From Dictyostelium discoideum (Eukaryota): 64,000 nucleotides of DNA. The position numbers and the translations under genes are program-made. The first letter of the stretch is position 1. Each line of letters starts with the position of its first letter. The notes below the pieces were generated by a model. The model was not told where the DNA came from and made no database searches. It worked only from the letters and a program-made list of their open reading frames with translations. Location of the stretch: NCBI GenBank assembly GCA_000004695.1, contig CM000151.3, forward strand, positions 2,496,001-2,560,000, given 5' to 3'. Shown here one piece after another: positions 62,001 through 64,000 of this stretch.

Positions 62001-64000
62001 CAATTTTCTTTGCAACTGGTAAAGGTAAACAACAACAAGATTTATCACCAACTACAATCTCTCAAAATACAATTAAACAATCAATAAATTCAATTATACC
62101 AACATTAACATTACAAGCAACACAATTACAATCAAATCCAAATGATAAAGAATTAGAGAAAAAACATCAACAATTATTAGATCAAATTATTCAACCATTA
62201 GAACAATTAATTTTAAATCCAAATATTAATCAAATAATTGATAAAGAAAATATTGAAAATAATAATAATAATAATAACAATGATAATAATAATAATAATG
62301 ATGATGATGATGATGAAGAAGAAGATAAAAAGATTAAAAAATTAATTAATGATGAAAAGAAAGAATTAGATAAATTAGAATCAAATGCATTAGATTCAGA
62401 TTCAAAAGGTGTTGTTGAATCATCAAGATCATTAGTTAAATTACATCAAGAAATATTATCATTAGCAGATTCATTAACAAGTTCAACGGCAGTATTAATT
62501 GATGCTAATCAAAATAATGCAGATTTTGAAAGAAATTTAATAATTAAAGAATGTTCAAAAGAATTATCAACATTAATACCATTACAATTACAAACTATTA
62601 AATCAATGTTACAATCAAAAGATATACCAACCGAAGCATCCTATCAAAAGAAAGTTGGTTTCATTAATAATCAAATTAAAAGAAACTTAAATGAAATTGA
62701 AAAACAATCTTCAAATAATAATTCAAATTATAAATTAATTTCTAAAACACCTTATTACTCTGACCAATTTAAAAAACTTTCAAATAAAATCGATAATAAT
62801 GGTATGTTAATTAAAGATGAAAATCAATTTAAAGTAAATTTAAAACGTTTAGAGAAATTGGCTGGAAAATGTATAGATTCTTCAAATTTCGATTTATCAA
62901 GACAACAATCTTATTTAGATAAAGAAAGACAACAAAGAATTAGAGATGCAATTAATAAATTAGAAAATAAATTAAATGGTAAAAATAATGATTCCACCGA
63001 TGATTTATCAAATAAAATTAATCAATATTTAAAACAACCCCTAAATCCAATTTCAAGAGAACAATTTGAAAAAGTTAGATCACAATTCCAACAAACTTTA
63101 GATAATTTAATTAATGAACAATTATCAACACCATTACAATTATTATTAAATCATTCAAATTTAATTCAAAAATTATCAAGACAATCAACTCAACAACCAA
63201 TTAATAATAATAATAATGCTAATAATAATGTAAAAATTCAAGAAACTACAAAAAAAATTTTAGAAAATTATTCAAAATTAAAACAACAATTAATTAATAA
63301 TGATATAAAATTAAATGAAAGTAAAAAATTAATAATTGGTAAATCATTAAAAGAAATTGAAACTTTAACACCTCAATTAATTGTTGCATCAAATAATTGT
63401 TTAAATGATAATAATAATGATCAAAAGAAGAGAGAATTATTAGAGAATTTACAAACTAAAATTGAATCACCAATTTATGAAATTTTAAATCAATTAGATT
63501 CAATTGATCCTATATTCCAATTTAAAAATGCAATTAAACAATATCAAGCAACTTTAATTAAATTAAATGATTCAATTGATGTTTCAACAGTGACCAATGA
63601 TAATTCAAAACAAATTGATGAATATATTTCAAAACTATCAAATTTACAATCAAATCATTTAATACCATTATTGAAACAACAAGGTTTAAATGAAAAAGAA
63701 TTAAAAGAATTTGAATCACAATTGAAATCTAAATTATCTGATGTTAACTCAATTTCAAAAGATTATTTAAAGAATTTGAAACAGTCTAAATTGACAGACA
63801 CAATTAAAGCTGAGAAGGATATGTCAATCTCTTCACTTTGTAATTTAATAAATTCAATTCAAAGTATTAATCAACCAAAGATTGAAGATAATCGTATCAA
63901 ACTATCACAATCCTCTCAATCAAAATCAAAAGATATTAAACAATTGGTTGATTCAATTAAGTCAAATAATCTATTGCCAATTGTTGAATCACCAAATAAA
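59029..64000 (+). CDS. Large alpha-helical protein, exon 3, partial (open frame continues past the window end, more than 1650 codons in this exon)
   Basis: Acceptor AAG at 59026-59028. Frame checked in the first ~150 bp of the exon (from 59029) and at 60419-60540; its continuity over the full 5 kb was not verified. No + strand stop-terminated ORF appears in the track for this interval. Composition is helical-bundle-like (L/I/K/E/Q/N/S rich). Confidence 0.55.

Overview
This window is AT-rich (roughly 75-80% A+T) eukaryotic nuclear DNA with the hallmarks of Dictyostelium discoideum. Coding regions carry long poly-Asn, poly-Gln and poly-Thr tracts encoded by AAT, CAA and ACA triplet runs. Introns are short and AT-rich with GTAAGT-type donors and AG acceptors. 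There are long poly(A) and poly(T) tracts, tRNA genes flanked by TRE-type non-LTR retrotransposons, and two discoidin I genes. The left 26 kb is an accessory, rearranged region. It holds a tRNA-Glu with a 5'-truncated TRE5-type element upstream, and a tandem paralog pair of a Dictyostelium-specific gene (2827-4566 and 6953-9253). It also holds a discoidin I pseudogene fragment followed by a 40-bp tandem array, a tRNA-Leu(UAG) with a TSD-flanked TRE5 3' fragment about 47 bp upstream, a stretch of gene-fragment debris, and two tandem intact discoidin I genes. The next block is an inverted segmental duplication of an initiator tRNA-Met gene with about 420 bp of flank. Each copy has a different TRE5 fragment at the same upstream breakpoint. 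One TRE5 fragment carries a nested, TSD-flanked secondary insertion. A near full-length TRE3-type retrotransposon (ORF1 plus ORF2 with apurinic/apyrimidinic-endonuclease (APE) and reverse-transcriptase (RT) domains) sits 81 bp downstream of one tRNAi-Met copy and is flanked by a 20-bp TSD. The right 38 kb is ordinary gene-dense DNA. It encodes a GH25-type lysozyme, a TraB-family protein (2 exons), a rhamnose-mutarotase-like protein (3 exons), a TDP1 homolog, a Dicty_CTDC cysteine-repeat extracellular protein and a Ste20-family kinase (2 exons). It also encodes a 58-aa endosulfine (ENSA)-like micro-gene (3 exons), a UBLCP1-like ubiquitin-like domain/CTD phosphatase (2 exons), a GNAT acetyltransferase, a large IRE1-like kinase plus KEN-RNase protein with no lumenal sensor domain, and an SDR oxidoreductase. 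Further right are two paralogous small secreted 8-Cys peptides, a BCNT/CFDP1/Swc5-like gene (3 exons, with a partial pseudo-copy 45 kb away at 12.6 kb) and the 5' part of a very large alpha-helical cytoskeletal-type protein that runs off the window end. Many ORF-track entries on the opposite strand of triplet repeats (poly-Y, poly-V, poly-I, poly-F peptides) are artefacts. No prokaryotic-type system (CRISPR, operons) is present.
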